A DNA stretch of 64,000 nt from Takakia lepidozioides (Eukaryota > Plantae > Bryophyta): NCBI GenBank assembly GCA_030704615.1, contig CM060731.1:53134001-53198000 (forward strand). The letters are read 5' to 3'. A model generated the notes under the pieces. It did not search any database and was not told the origin of the DNA. It saw nothing but the letters and a program-made list of their open reading frames with translations. This document shows, in pieces, positions 52,100 through 64,000 of this stretch (position 1 is the stretch's first letter; each line of letters begins with the position of its first letter). A program made the translations under genes and the position numbers.

Positions 52100-52290
52100 G
52101 CTGACGTGGCAGTTGACGGACAGTGCCACGTCATCATTTACCGCCACATCAGCATGCTGACATGACGCTCACGCCACGTCAGCATGTTGCAGGCTCACGC
52201 CACGTCAGCTGGCGTGAGCGTACGCTCACGCCACGTCAGTCTCTCCTGCGTGAGCGTACGCTCGCGCGCTCACGTGCAACGCTCACGCCT
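52100..52290. repeat. GCCACGTCA / GTGAGCGTACGCTCAC repeat cluster, probably the subterminal region of the MULE-like element
   Basis: Repeated CTCACGCCACGTCAG units and a perfect 24-bp palindrome at 52210-52233. Confidence 0.7.
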
Positions 52291-52329
52291 TGCTTCCGTT
52301 GCCTTCGAGGAGCTGTGGTGGACAATGTT

Positions 52330-55300
52330 GAAGAGCTCTTGAAGAATTGATTGAGGGATATTTGAAGGATACTTGCCATGGCCATACAAACGAGTGGATA
52401 GAGTCAGGAGGGAGAGTGATGGGATGAGAGCATTCTGGGGTTAGGAATTGCTTTAGTTTCTCTTCCCCATAGTCTTTCACATTCTTTGTAGGCCAAAACC
52501 TCTCCGTAGGTGGATGCAATAGTCAATCCGGGTTTGGGCTGGGGTGTCCTTGCAGGAGCGACACTGTGGAGTGTTTTTGGTATGGGGGAGTTGTTGTCTT
52601 GATTTTCTTGTGTTTGGATCCCCTCCACACCTGCATGCTTGATTGTGCGCCATGTTAGCTTTGTGTGGGCGCTTGTTTTCATAGGAGGTTGGTCCGGATT
52701 TGATCACCGGCCCATCCTAGAGTATGCTGTCGGTGGTGAAGCTGGAGTGATGACCAGCAAGACCACCAGTGTTTCTTCTATGGTGAGGCTGGGTTGATGA
52801 CCAGATAAGAGTGCTTGCGGTGGATGCAGGTGCACGTACAGCTCTACGTTAGAAACCTATTATTCTTGCTTGAACCACAAGCCGCAACAGGTTCTCTACT
52901 CGGTTACCTTGTGGAAAGTGGGGATTAGAGACAGGTTCATTCCCAGGCCAACAACAGTCGGGTGTGACTTGTTGGGATTGTGGAGGACCCCATGTCAAGA
53001 AGGATTGCCCGGAGAGAGGCAAAGGGCCGGCACAGGCACAACCTACACAACTACAGTGTGGGCATTATGGAAAGTATGGGCATGAGGAGGCCCATTGTTA
53101 TGGCTTGCATCCTGAGCTACGGCTAGGCCAGTTCCAAGGGAACAATGGTGGCCAAGGACAAGGCAATGTAGTCCAGAGAGGCAGAGGAGGCAGAGGTCGG
53201 GGTGGAGGTCGTAACCAAAACCAAGGAGCACAGGGTCAGGGTCAAGGTCAAGGTCATGACCAAGACATGGTGGATAGACTTGCCCAGCTAGAGCAACGTC
53301 TTGCTGCCATGGCCACTACTCATGTTGCGCCAGCTCCAAGGTCTGAGATTCAAGCCCCACCTGCACAACCTCTTATGCCTAGGGAAGATCAGATTGGTAT
53401 GGGCTTCATGTGTGGAGCCATACTTGCAGGGCCATTGCATGTATTGGACTCTGCTGCTGCTATCACTTGAGCAGCAACGCGTGCTCCTGAGCCAAGAGGA
53501 GCGGATGTGGATTTTGATCCACAAAGGGGGGAAACAAGTCGTCAGACAAAGCTTCCATAGTCCTTTACATTGGCTGAGACAATGCCACCTACGCCATCAA
53601 TGGCACTCGCTCGTCCAAGTGTGTCGGAGGTAGAGCCACGAGTGTCATTGGGGAGAGTTGGTGTGGCTCGGGAAATGCCAGTGGGTGGTGCTGCAAAGCA
53701 AGGTGCAGCCAGTACATTGTTGGGGGCGGCTACGGCGGTTTGCCAAGCTCCACTATTTTCTGCAATGACCATTGCAATGTCGGGGATTCGGCCAACTGTT
53801 GTGTTCAGACTAGCAGCTAGACTCTGTGAGAGTGGTGATACATCGGCACTATCTGCGGAGATAGCAGATAAGGTGCCGTCTATGGATGCTTTGGATTCGA
53901 GGGTGAAGTCAGCCACAGCTTCGCCATGGCAAGCGGCAGCTGCAAGGTTGCAGGAGTAGTCAGCTAGGCCAGCCATTGAGCGCAGCATGGTGACTCCTGG
54001 GATAGTCCTGGTGGACAATCAGGATGGAGTGTTTCAATTGGGTGGCCCAACCGGGAGGAGGTATAGGGAATGCCTCTTGTTGGACTCGGGAGCACAGCCA
54101 TTGATATTGGGGAGAACAACAATTGCAGGCTTGGGCCTTATAGAGGCAAATTTGGAGCCTTGTCATTTCCAAATTCAAACATCTTTGGGCTGCTCAGAGA
54201 AGGCACGAGGGATTACACGCCATGAGCTCTTCATTCGATTGCAGCCAAATCATCCTATAGATGGCTCTGTCATGAGAGCTAAAGCCATTGTTACGGACGC
54301 GATGTCTTATGATGTGCTTGTTGGTGGGGTTGTGTTATACCCGATGGGCTTTACTTTGGACTTTTGGTAGGAAACGGCATACTACAGGCCGGAATGGCAG
54401 TCAGGGGATGGTCAACGTGCACTGCTCCCAGTGCGGTTTATTGGGAATATAGCGGTGGATCATAAGAACATGATGCCCACATTGGCTGCATTCTCAGGGG
54501 TGGTGAGCTCTTGGAGGGCAATAGCCATGCAGATGATAGGCCACCACCTGATGAGGACAAACAATTGGCATACAAGGCTGATTTGCTTTCTCATGTGCCT
54601 GTTCATATTCCACTGTGGGGTACAGTTGGGAATTTGCATCGAGTAGCAGACGAGTGTGTGTACCAAGCATGGCAGGAGGCCTATCCATTCGTGAGTGAGG
54701 GGAGTTCAGTGACATCACCCGGACCTCCTCAGTTAGTTCCTTTGGACACAATGCCCATTACCTGGCAACCACCTGACTCAGGGATTTGTTTGCTAGACAT
54801 GTTTGGAGGCATGAGCACTGGGCTTGTAGGAGTGTTGCAAGCATGGATTAAAGTATGCAAGTACTTGTATGTGGAGAAGGATGAGTCTGCTCGGCGTATT
54901 TCTATGTGCCACATCGCCTTATTCATACACCAGTATCCTGAGTTGTTGCCTCTCTCAGCAATCCAAGGTTACCAAAAGGCCTTGCCAGCAGACATTACCT
55001 TGCTGGGAGCGGATGATTTGGGCCGACATGGTACAATTGACTTGGTGATAGCTGGATGGCCTTGCCAAGGACACTCTCCCGCAGGTCATGGGAATGGCTT
55101 GCATGATGCAAGGTCGCATTTGTTTTGGGAGATGTTACGAGTATTGCGTGACTTGCAGTTGAGGCAAGTACAACCTCCGGCTTACATCATGGAAAATGTT
55201 CTTCTCATGGGGGATTCTCGGGCTAGGGTTATGGTTAGTGTGCATCAGGTGCGGTCTTGGATTGGACCGGCTGTATTATTGGAGGCAACTGCAGTGGGTT

Positions 55301-56312
55301 CACGGGCACATAGGCCTAAGTTGTGGTGGACCAATCTTGCACCACCAGAGTTGCTCAAGAGAGCCTATGATTCCATTCAACGGCCACCCAACCTCATGGT
55401 TGAGGGCATTTTGGACCAAGGGAGACAACCACAGAGAGTGTGACATGATGACCGTTCACCTTTGGCGGTGGTCAATCGAGTGGGGCAACCACGTGCGGCC
55501 TTGCCTACACTCATGAGTTTTTCCTCGTCTCATTCTTTTCGAGACAATGGTCCAGGGTTGATTTGGGACAATGCGCTACAACAATTGGTGGAGCCTAGTG
55601 CGGATGAACGAGAGCGGGCAATGGGGTTTGCCACGGGCACTACAGCTGTGCCAGCTCTGTCAGAGACATCACGACGCCAGGTGTTGGGTCAGGCAATGGA
55701 TCTCAATTGCTTGACATGGGTCATTGACTTGTGCATGGCTGAGCAACGGAGATTGCAAGCATTGGTGGCTACTTCTGTACTTCCATTGGATATTGTACCC
55801 TCTCTGCCAACCGGGACGGTGGAGGCAGTGAGTGGGGGCGAGCACATGATCATGGAATGCAAACACCCATGGCAGATGTGGGATGAGATGCAGAAAGAGA
55901 GAGTCATTGGATCTCTCAAGGAGCAAATATATGAAGAGTGGGGAGAGCCATACACGGAGGATCAGTTGGAGGCCAAGGTGGCCAAGGCTCTTGAAGAGGT
56001 TGAGGATGTTTCTTTTGCGGAGGATGTTCTCAAGGTGGCTATGGCGGAGCAAGTGGAGGCTATGCCACAGTCAGGGTGGGCGGACAAGGCCCAAGAAGTT
56101 GCTATCTAGCAATCAAAGGATTCGTCTCCTACCTCCAAGCCTACTGTACACAAGGTTGCAGTCACTGAGGACAATTGGGAACCAAATGTTGGACCTACAG
56201 TCACCGGAGGAGAGAGACGGAGGATCCGGCGATTTCTAAGGGCTTATAGAAAATGCTTTGCCTTCGGTTTGAAGGATTTGGGGAGTTTGAAGGGCCAGGA
56301 GATTCGTATTGA
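52330..56312 (+). mobile_element. Second, diverged copy of the DNMT-encoding Gypsy-like element (leader, zinc knuckles, protease, DNMT, start of RT region); truncated at both ends, gag core deleted
   Basis: Leader matches 24100-24700 in reverse. CWDCGGPHVKKDC; LLLDSGAQPL; DNMT LLDMFGGMSTG, AGWPCQGHS, YIMENV, RAHRPKLWWTN, RRQVLGQAMD (54781-55730); ends at CFAFGLKDLGSLKGQEIRIDL. Confidence 0.9.
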
Positions 56313-57361
56313 TTTGGCCCAAGTTTGGGCACCTCCTTGTACCCAAGCTCCTTGGGGTCCTCCATTGGACCCACTTGGAATCCATGACCACATGTTCATC
56401 GTTTGTGGAGGGGCCATGGGCTGCTGCCAGGTAGGTGCTCCTTGCTGTAGCCACGTTTGCCCACCTCTGGATTGCACCCATGGGCCATTCGGGCCTTGTT
56501 GCACCCATGTCGTAGGTGGACCAGTAGCATTCGCCACAGCCTCAGTCCCCACTTCCTTTGCGCGCTTTGATGCAGCCTAACACAAGCCCCTCCACCCCAC
56601 AAAGTTAGCAATGATGGAAAATAAGGCCAACCGGGTAACGAGCAAGGTCGGCAGTTCGTGAACGCATACAAACCTTGGCCCAACGTGCCAAGAAAAGTTT
56701 GGCATCCAATGGCGTGAATGCATGGAATGTCATGCTCTGGCGCCCTAGCAATGTCCCACATCCATTCAGTATTAAAACCCTAACACATGTTCTAACCCTT
56801 TGAAATTGCAGTCAAGCCATACACAGTCCAACTCGTAAGCCATTCATCTTTCTAACAAAAGTTTCCAGGTCATTCACATCTAGGAAAGAACCAAGGTTTG
56901 ATATATAACATTTACCACCATATATGTAGATTGTAAACTCATCACAAAAGCTGATTGCAGGTCTGGAGATAAATCTCCGGAACCAGGCTCAAAGCATATC
57001 AGGTTCGAAATGAAACAATCAACCACTCATGCCTTACGTTCACAAGCCAATCATAGTAGTAATAAGCTTGGTTATATAAACCAATCACTATCTCAGTCAC
57101 TGTAAGCGTTTACATTTCATGAGCCATTCTCCAGCCTCTCCCTCACTCTCAGTCTAGCCCCACACACTCCCTTCTCCATCAGTTCATCACTCCAAAGATC
57201 ATTCCTCCGCCATACACCCCAACCTCTTACTCACTTAGATTTACCCTAAACCTTGCTCGGTTTTGCCTCTACCTCTGCTTTACACAAAACCCTACCCTAA
57301 ACCCTACACATCATGAAAATGCTCAATTGCTTCCACAATCTGAGAGGAACTAAGGGTGAGA

Positions 57362-58885
57362 TTGTACTCATAAGACGTTGTTTGCCGTAGCCTTGTGGCC
57401 ATTGACCCCGCGCCCAGTTTGAGCGGGAACAAAAGGAACAGAACCTACCTGTGTCAGGGGCTGACATTGGTAGTAAGACTTACCTTCATATAAAGAATTA
57501 ATCCGGGTTTTCTAGATATCCTCTAGAAATCCCTTCACACAAGCATCAATTTGCTGTGTGTGATTTGCCCAAAAACTAGGCCTCAGGAGGGTCTGGGCTT
57601 TTGGCTCAGCCTCGAGACTTTCAAAGCTAGTAAACAGGGGTACAGGCACAATTCCCTTGATAGGATTGAAGATAGTGTCTCTTTGGTGAGAGAACCCCGG
57701 ACAGTGTATCAGAAAATGAATATTGTCTTCAGATTGCCCACACAACGGACAATTGCACTGTCCCTTTCCTCTCTGCTTCTATTAGCTGTTCAAAGGTAGG
57801 CTTCCTGCCCTGAGTTTAAATTTCAGTCTAGTGCCGAGAGTGGGTAGACCCTTGAGGTCATCCAAGATGTCGTCCCCCATGTTACTGACTAGAAACAAGT
57901 TCAGGGAAGTTTTCTGCATAACTTCATTTTCATCAGACAATCTCATGGCAACAGACATGGCTTTGGACACTATAGCCTCTAAGTCAGATTTATCTAGCAG
58001 GGTCAAGACTTGGGGATCCAGGTCCAGGTCCTTGAGAATCTCTTCTACTCTCTTCTAAAAGGACTTAGCCTGTTTGACAGGGCGGTCCTGTTTCCAAGAT
58101 ATAGAGTCGATTAACTTAGGATATCTGGTCTTGGGCATATGTTGCAGCTGACCCCACCATCTGACCTTGAATTCATGTCATCGGGAGCTGAAGGACGGAA
58201 TGCCAAACTCACCCCAAACAGCCACATTGGTTGTTTTGGAGCATGCTGACATACACTCCTTAAGCACCCCCACTTGAATGGATTCTACAGACTTAGTCTG
58301 GTTGGAGTTATCAACCCATATAGTAGATTCGTACTTCCATGCAGGTCTAATAACGCGACAAAGCATGGTTTTCTAAACCTCAGAGTTGACCCCTATGCAG
58401 TGGAAAAATTTAGTGAGCCCCAAACCTTTGCCTTTGCCAGTTTGAAGAACTTTCCGGATATGTGCATCCCAATTACAATTGGAGGAAAACTGAACGCCCA
58501 AGTAAGTGTAGGGTTTAGGGTGGACCGGGATCTCTTGGGTATCCCACTGCCACTTAAGATCACTTCCTCCCTCTCCTCTGTTGTTGAATGCTACCACTGC
58601 ACATTTGCTGACATTAGCCTCTAGCCCCCAAAGATCAAAGTATCTCTTCGCGCAATCAATCAACTCCTGGAGATTGGTTGGAGTCTCTCCTATGCCTGCG
58701 AACATAAGGGCTGGTATGGTGGTATCACCCACCCTTAACCCTAAATCCCTCACTTTCCACATCCTCGAGGAGTTGATTGATGAAAACATTGAAGAGCAGA
58801 GGGGAGAGAGTACATCCTTGAGCTACACCTCGGTCTATGTCAAAGAAGTTGGACTTCTGTCCGTTAACAGTGACACAGCTATGTG
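57362..58885 (-). mobile_element. 5'-truncated RTE-like LINE (RT C-terminal half, C-terminal Cys/His region, 3' tail)
   Basis: RGVAQGCTLSPLLFNVFI; ALMFA(DD deleted)GIG; GLEANVSKC; YTYLGVQF; GTRLKFKLRAGSLPLN; C..CGQSEDNIHFLIHCP. Confidence 0.85.
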
Positions 58886-60208
58886 AACTAAAGGTGAGAG
58901 AGGGAGAGAGATAGAGACAGAGACAGAAGGGGTCTTAGGGATCCCACCGCCAGCTTGTTACCCTCCTTGGTTGGGGTGGATGTCCTTAAGGGCCGCTTGG
59001 AAGGAGTCATGCGAACGACGATCTTATCAGCACTCTGGTCTTCCTCCTCGTCCGTGCTCTCGCTCTCTGTTGAGCACTGGGAGTCGCTCCACTATCCTCC
59101 CCCGGGTTGGTCTCCAAGTCGCTGGACTCCTTCTCCGCCACCCCCATGTGAACATGACTCCTCTCCCTCAAACGAGTACTCCTTCGCACTGGGCCGTTCC
59201 ACACATAGCGGGCAATACGCGGGGGTCTCTCTTTCTCTCTACTCTCCCACAATCGTCCGGGTCACTCACAACAAAACGCCCTCACAAGCCCAAGAAGCTC
59301 AAAAAGCGAAGCACACACACTTAGTACGCTCGCGTGAGAGACATGAGGTTGTCCAAGTGCCGCGTAGCATCCGACGGTCCACGTCCATCCAATGGCGGAG
59401 ATGGGATGTGGACACGTCGTTTTTTTTTAAAAAACAAATTAGGGTACATATTAACCACTACACTAGTGTCCATAACCACTACATCCTGCTGACATGGCAG
59501 TCTTCTACGGGCTCTTGGGACCTCAACTACCTTTCATGAAACAAACGTAAGTCTGTCGTGGAAGCAACGCAGGGGAGGCCATCTCTCGGCTCAGGTGTTA
59601 CGATCGCATTGCAAGTGCAGGGAAAGAGGGAACAATGCAATGAAGGAGGGAAAGAATCATCGCATGAATAGTATTCGAGCAGAGAGACGACTTCGACTTA
59701 CAGTGCAGTGCCCTTGGAGCTCCAATCCAACAACCAAGCTTTGTTTTCAGCTACCCTAATAGCACGATACCGTTCATATTCCACCATCCCTTCGCATTCT
59801 CTTGGGGTAAGTGACTCCTCTTCTCCTCCGCTTTCGCTCTCTGCTGAACTAGGTGCTCTTGCCAAATCGCCTCCAGTGCCATCGTCGTTCAAATGTTTTG
59901 GGCTGCGTTCACTCTTTGCCATAGAAACTGCACTCTCCTTCAGCAAAATTGAAAAGAGACTGAGCCTAACTAAACCCTACAAGTGCACATTCAGATTGAG
60001 CGATGGAGGAGGCTGTAGATATAAGCACATGACAACAGACGGACTAACGGCTTCGTGCTAACAACAAATGCATATGATGGGCTGGGCTACTGCTCATAAC
60101 CTTCAAGACAACCTATCTTAAAGCACTATAGCTTATACCTAGAAGTAGGGTCTGCTAGGTCACCACGTAGTGATTCAATCCACTCTGAATATTACTAAGG
60201 ATCAACGT

Positions 60209-60615
60209 GCACTGTCCTCGTCCACGTGGAATATTATATTTATGAATTAAAATATATTTCCAAATCATAAATCACAAATAAAATTTGAATTATTACACGT
60301 GGAGTAGCAAGTGGTTTCAACCACTTTCCATCACTGAGGTGTCTATAACCACTCACAATTTACCACTGCACTTGTCCACGTCGAATATTATATTTATTAA
60401 TTAAAATGTATTACCAAATAAATAATAATAAATAAAAACAAATTATTACATGTGGACTACTGAGTGGTTGAAACCACTTCCAACCACTATCTGTGATGCC
60501 ACCGTGGCATTTCATTGGGATTAACCACTGGCAAGTGGTTACTAGTGGTTTATAGAGTGGAAAAAGACAGTAGTGGTTAAAGGGCCAGTGGTTATTCCGC
60601 GTTTTTCTTCTAGTG
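60209..60615. mobile_element. One end of a CACTA (En/Spm) element
   Basis: Terminus CCGCGTTTTTCTTCTAGTG (reverse complement CACTAGAAGAAAAACGCGG); clustered ACCACT/AGTGGT subterminal repeats and an approximately 150-bp internal duplication. The opposite TIR was not found. Confidence 0.6.
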
Positions 60616-60670
60616 AAGTGTGTTTCTCCTTTGCACTCTACCCCTCTTATTTCTACTGTAGCTGAGCCAG

Positions 60671-61048
60671 TTGATCTTGAGACCTTTGTTGAGGATCTTC
60701 ATGCTCGGCATGCGGTGTCCATCCAAGATGCCAAGACAAACATTGGTAAGGCTCAGCTCACCCCAAGCCCGTAATTTTAACAAGCGTGTCAAGTATTCTA
60801 ACCTTTTCCAGGTGGGACAGACCGTGTGCATTCGGCGGCAACATGATAAGCATGCATGCAAATCTAAGCTTAAGATCGACGGTCCATACTTGATCTATGA
60901 GCTTTTACATGGGCGACGTGCTCTCCTTCTTCCACAGGGGTTTAATGTCCACACACACGATGAACCTGTTTCTCTCACGGATCTGATGCATTCCGAGCTG
61001 GTCTTTGATCTTACATGCATCAATGTGGAAGGACGTACGGTGGGATGA
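60671..61048 (+). pseudogene. Integrase C-terminal (GPY/F) fragment, Gypsy- or Ginger-like
   Basis: AKTNIGKAQ..QARNFNKR..FQVGQTVCIR..KLKIDGPYLI. Confidence 0.55.
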
Positions 61049-64000
61049 TGTCTTGCTCTTCTTCAGCTTGGCTTCTTCGGCGGATTAGTGTTAGCTTGCG
61101 GATTTGGCACTTTACGGCTTTTCTGGCCTTTTGTCCTAGTTCTTGATACATTTGTAGACCTATGATTTGTCACCACGTGTACTCCCTGCACGGTTTTCCT
61201 AGACAAAGATTTTGTCCTAGGCCCAATTTGCAGGTGCCAGGTTTTCCTTTGGTAGGTTTTTCACCCAGCAGTGGAGGGTGATTTTATCCCACACATTTGT
61301 TTATTATTTCTTATATTGTACTTCGCGGAGCTCAGGATTTTTCGTGGGGGTAGGCTTCACAGATGTGATGCCCCAAACTTTCCTCATGACAGATTTACCT
61401 TATTCATCCAAAGCGGCAATACTCAGTCGTAGTATAATTTTTTGGCTTAAAATACCGTTGAACCGTTACAAAGATATCATAGCCAGGGTTAGTTATGGCT
61501 GGTGGCTGCATCATGGCCGTTCAAAAGATCTAGGGTTTTGATATGGCGCCGCTGGCTCAGCCTGACACGCCTCGCCACGCGTCAGGAAGGCATGCAGCTA
61601 GGGTTTGTATAAAGTGGCGGCATGACCTTGTGTCAGACAGCTGATGTACTCTGGTGTATGTAGATGTGGAAAACTGTCTGAATGCGATACGTGTGTATGA
61701 TTTTTTGTCAAATCGCTCGTGGAGATCATCTTCTCGCGTGCATGCACGCTCCTCTTGTTCTCCACCGTTGTTTTGAAGAGCACTTGAGAGGATAGGCATA
61801 TATTCGCCCTGCTTCTTTTAAGGCTTCACAAGGTGCAAACCCCAAATGAACAAGTTAACCCTTAAGTTTCAAAGCTTTTTTTTGACTTTTTACCAATTTT
61901 GGGTACCCAGCTGCGGTAAATTGCCCCTAGAAACCTACCAAAAATCATCTAGAGATTCCAGCCTTATAGTAGTGGGCGCAGCTCATTTATGCATGACATA
62001 CCAAAAAATGAGCCAAGATCCACTGTGGAAATTGTGAGATTATAGCGTTGGCCCAGACCTCAAATATCAGGTCCCAAAGAAAAAGTGAGAAAGAAATTGG
62101 TTTGACCAAATCAAAACCTAGCTTTATCCAATTTTGCTTGCCCCAAGACCCACTATTTCCAAATCAATAGTGGAGTGGCTATGACCCCACTAAATTGCAG
62201 GTCCAACTGATTTTTTCACCTATGCTTGCTATGCATGCAATTACATGGGGGTTGAAATCTCAAAATTGACAAGAGAAAATGTGCCTCCAAATGAAGTACT
62301 TTTTTTTCTACAAATTTTTTGAAAGCCAATGGTGGATGTGTGTATGTAATGCTCACACACTAGATGGTGAAGTGCATAGCTGCTACCTGCTATCTAGTCA
62401 ATAGAATGTTTATTTTCTATAAAGCCCCACATGACCTAACTCTTTAACATGGCCTTTGGAGTGCAATCTGTTTTGGGCTTGTTTTACTGCCACGTCAGCG
62501 GTCAACAAGCCCTTTTCAGGCCCAATACGTAAAAATGAGATCTAAGATATTTTTTGTAGGTCGCAGCTTTTGTTTTTTTTTAGTTTTGTTTTTTGCATCA
62601 TACTCAAGACAAATCCCTTGTCATTAAAGCTTCAGGAGTGGGCCCCATCAGATTAGATCTGCAAAAATTAGGTCGAACCTCAAATTCAAAGTGACCCGAT
62701 TCAGGTCGCTTGGGAACTTAAGGGTTAACGAGAAGCTCAGGTTATAGAGTCATAGCAACAATTCATCGCATCATAAGAAATGTAACCAATAAAACAAAAT
62801 CGGATCGTGACATTGTGTACATAATTTCAAGTTTTGCGGCATCTACTACGTAGATAGCTGTCCCACAACTTCGAGAACTTAACTTGACGATTGCTCTAGA
62901 AATCTCACTGTGAGTGCCTGATCCGATTAAGCTTGTTATAAACACTTAAAAAAAATGTTTCCCAACTCGAGCCTTCTTGGCTTGCCTTGCAGTTTTCATC
63001 ACAGTGTCACCATCGACTTGCAGCTTCAGTTCAGTAAGCATCGACGCTCTAGAAGGTTATTGTAACCTCACATCCTTATTTCAAGTAAGGAGATGTTTAT
63101 GCAGAATCTCGCTCTGCTGGACTACACTCATGTCTTGTTTAAACTCGGGGTTTTTGTGGGTTGACTAGTGGTTGATTTCCTTACAGAGATGATTTCTAGA
63201 TTCTTAGCCCTTGCAGAAGCACTCTGTGATGGAAAGGTAGGTGGTCTCTGGCTAATCGAACTTGGCTGCTGGGATGGTTGTGGGGAGGTTTGCAGGCGGT
63301 TGGCAATGCGGTAGAATCGGCAAGTAGGGAGGGCCTGATGCGCCGGGTATTGTCATGCCCGAGACAGGTGCTTGTGAGCGTATTGCGCTCTGTGGAATCA
63401 CGGAATTCAGGTTGCCCTGTCTCCCGCCTTTCTGCTGCCTCCAATTTGTGCATAGGTCTATGGCTAGAAGGTGATGGCAAGCAGTGTTGGTAAGTACACC
63501 TCTCTGGCTCTGTGCGGGTCACAGCATTCATCAGTGTTTCGATCGTTTTAAGCAATCTGACACAGATCCCCCTTGCAGGTGACACACGCGTATTTGATTG
63601 CACCGGCAGTCACACCATGCTTAAGAGAGAGAGAGATAGGGCTTGTCTTGTCATGACATGTAAGGATCTGTCAAGACTTGACCAGGTCAGAAAGTTTTTT
63701 TTAAAAAACCAAAGACAAAAACAGCCTTGAACTGCAAGGCACCATCACCCTTCTCCTAAACCACAGGCTTGCTCCTGATTTGTTTCACACTTCTGGGTGA
63801 TCGGGGTGGGTGGTGGGGTTTGTTAGAAACCCTTCAAAACCCCCCCACCTTTCTTCATAGTGACAGACATCATACTGAAATTTGTATTCACTGTACTGTC
63901 ACACTGGGATTTCCAGGAAGCCGAAATTCGTGCTTTTTAGCATGTCATAATTCGGTTTCATCGAAGTAGCGCCAAAACGAATACTTCTCTGAAAATCACA

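Noticed and set aside
61050-64000. Short ORFs and AT-rich tracts at the window end
   Set aside because: No recognisable domain, splice pattern or termini; probably old TE debris but not supportable.

Overview
Eukaryotic, intron-containing, transposon-rich land-plant DNA. A non-seed plant is likely, inferred from the PLS/DYW PPR genes and the element types; there is one 500-N gap at 46721-47220. There are four host genes: an acid triacylglycerol lipase (5' end outside the window), an S1 + CCHC zinc-knuckle RNA-binding protein, a PLS-class PPR protein whose E/DYW tail has decayed, and an ASHR1/SMYD-like SET-MYND lysine methyltransferase with two probable U12 introns. The rest is nested transposon debris: a chromovirus Ty3/Gypsy, L1-like and RTE-like LINEs, hAT, a MULE-like SWIM element, a CACTA end and a MITE. 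The standout is a 10.25-kb Ty3/Gypsy-like element at 17068-27322 (minus strand). Its polyprotein reads gag - 2 zinc knuckles - protease - DNMT3-like C5 cytosine methyltransferase - (RT/RNase H deleted) - DDE integrase - PHD finger. It has TGTC...GACA ends and a 4-bp TSD. Instead of two LTRs it has a split-direct-repeat layout, A - body - B - GC - A - B, with a palindromic GACAGCTGTC end-to-end junction. That layout is known from tyrosine-recombinase (Ngaro/PAT) retrotransposons. A second diverged DNMT-bearing copy (about 52330-56312) and two further A-repeat/leader relics (44820 onward, 30765 onward) show this is a family. All calls are by eye from motifs; no searches were run.
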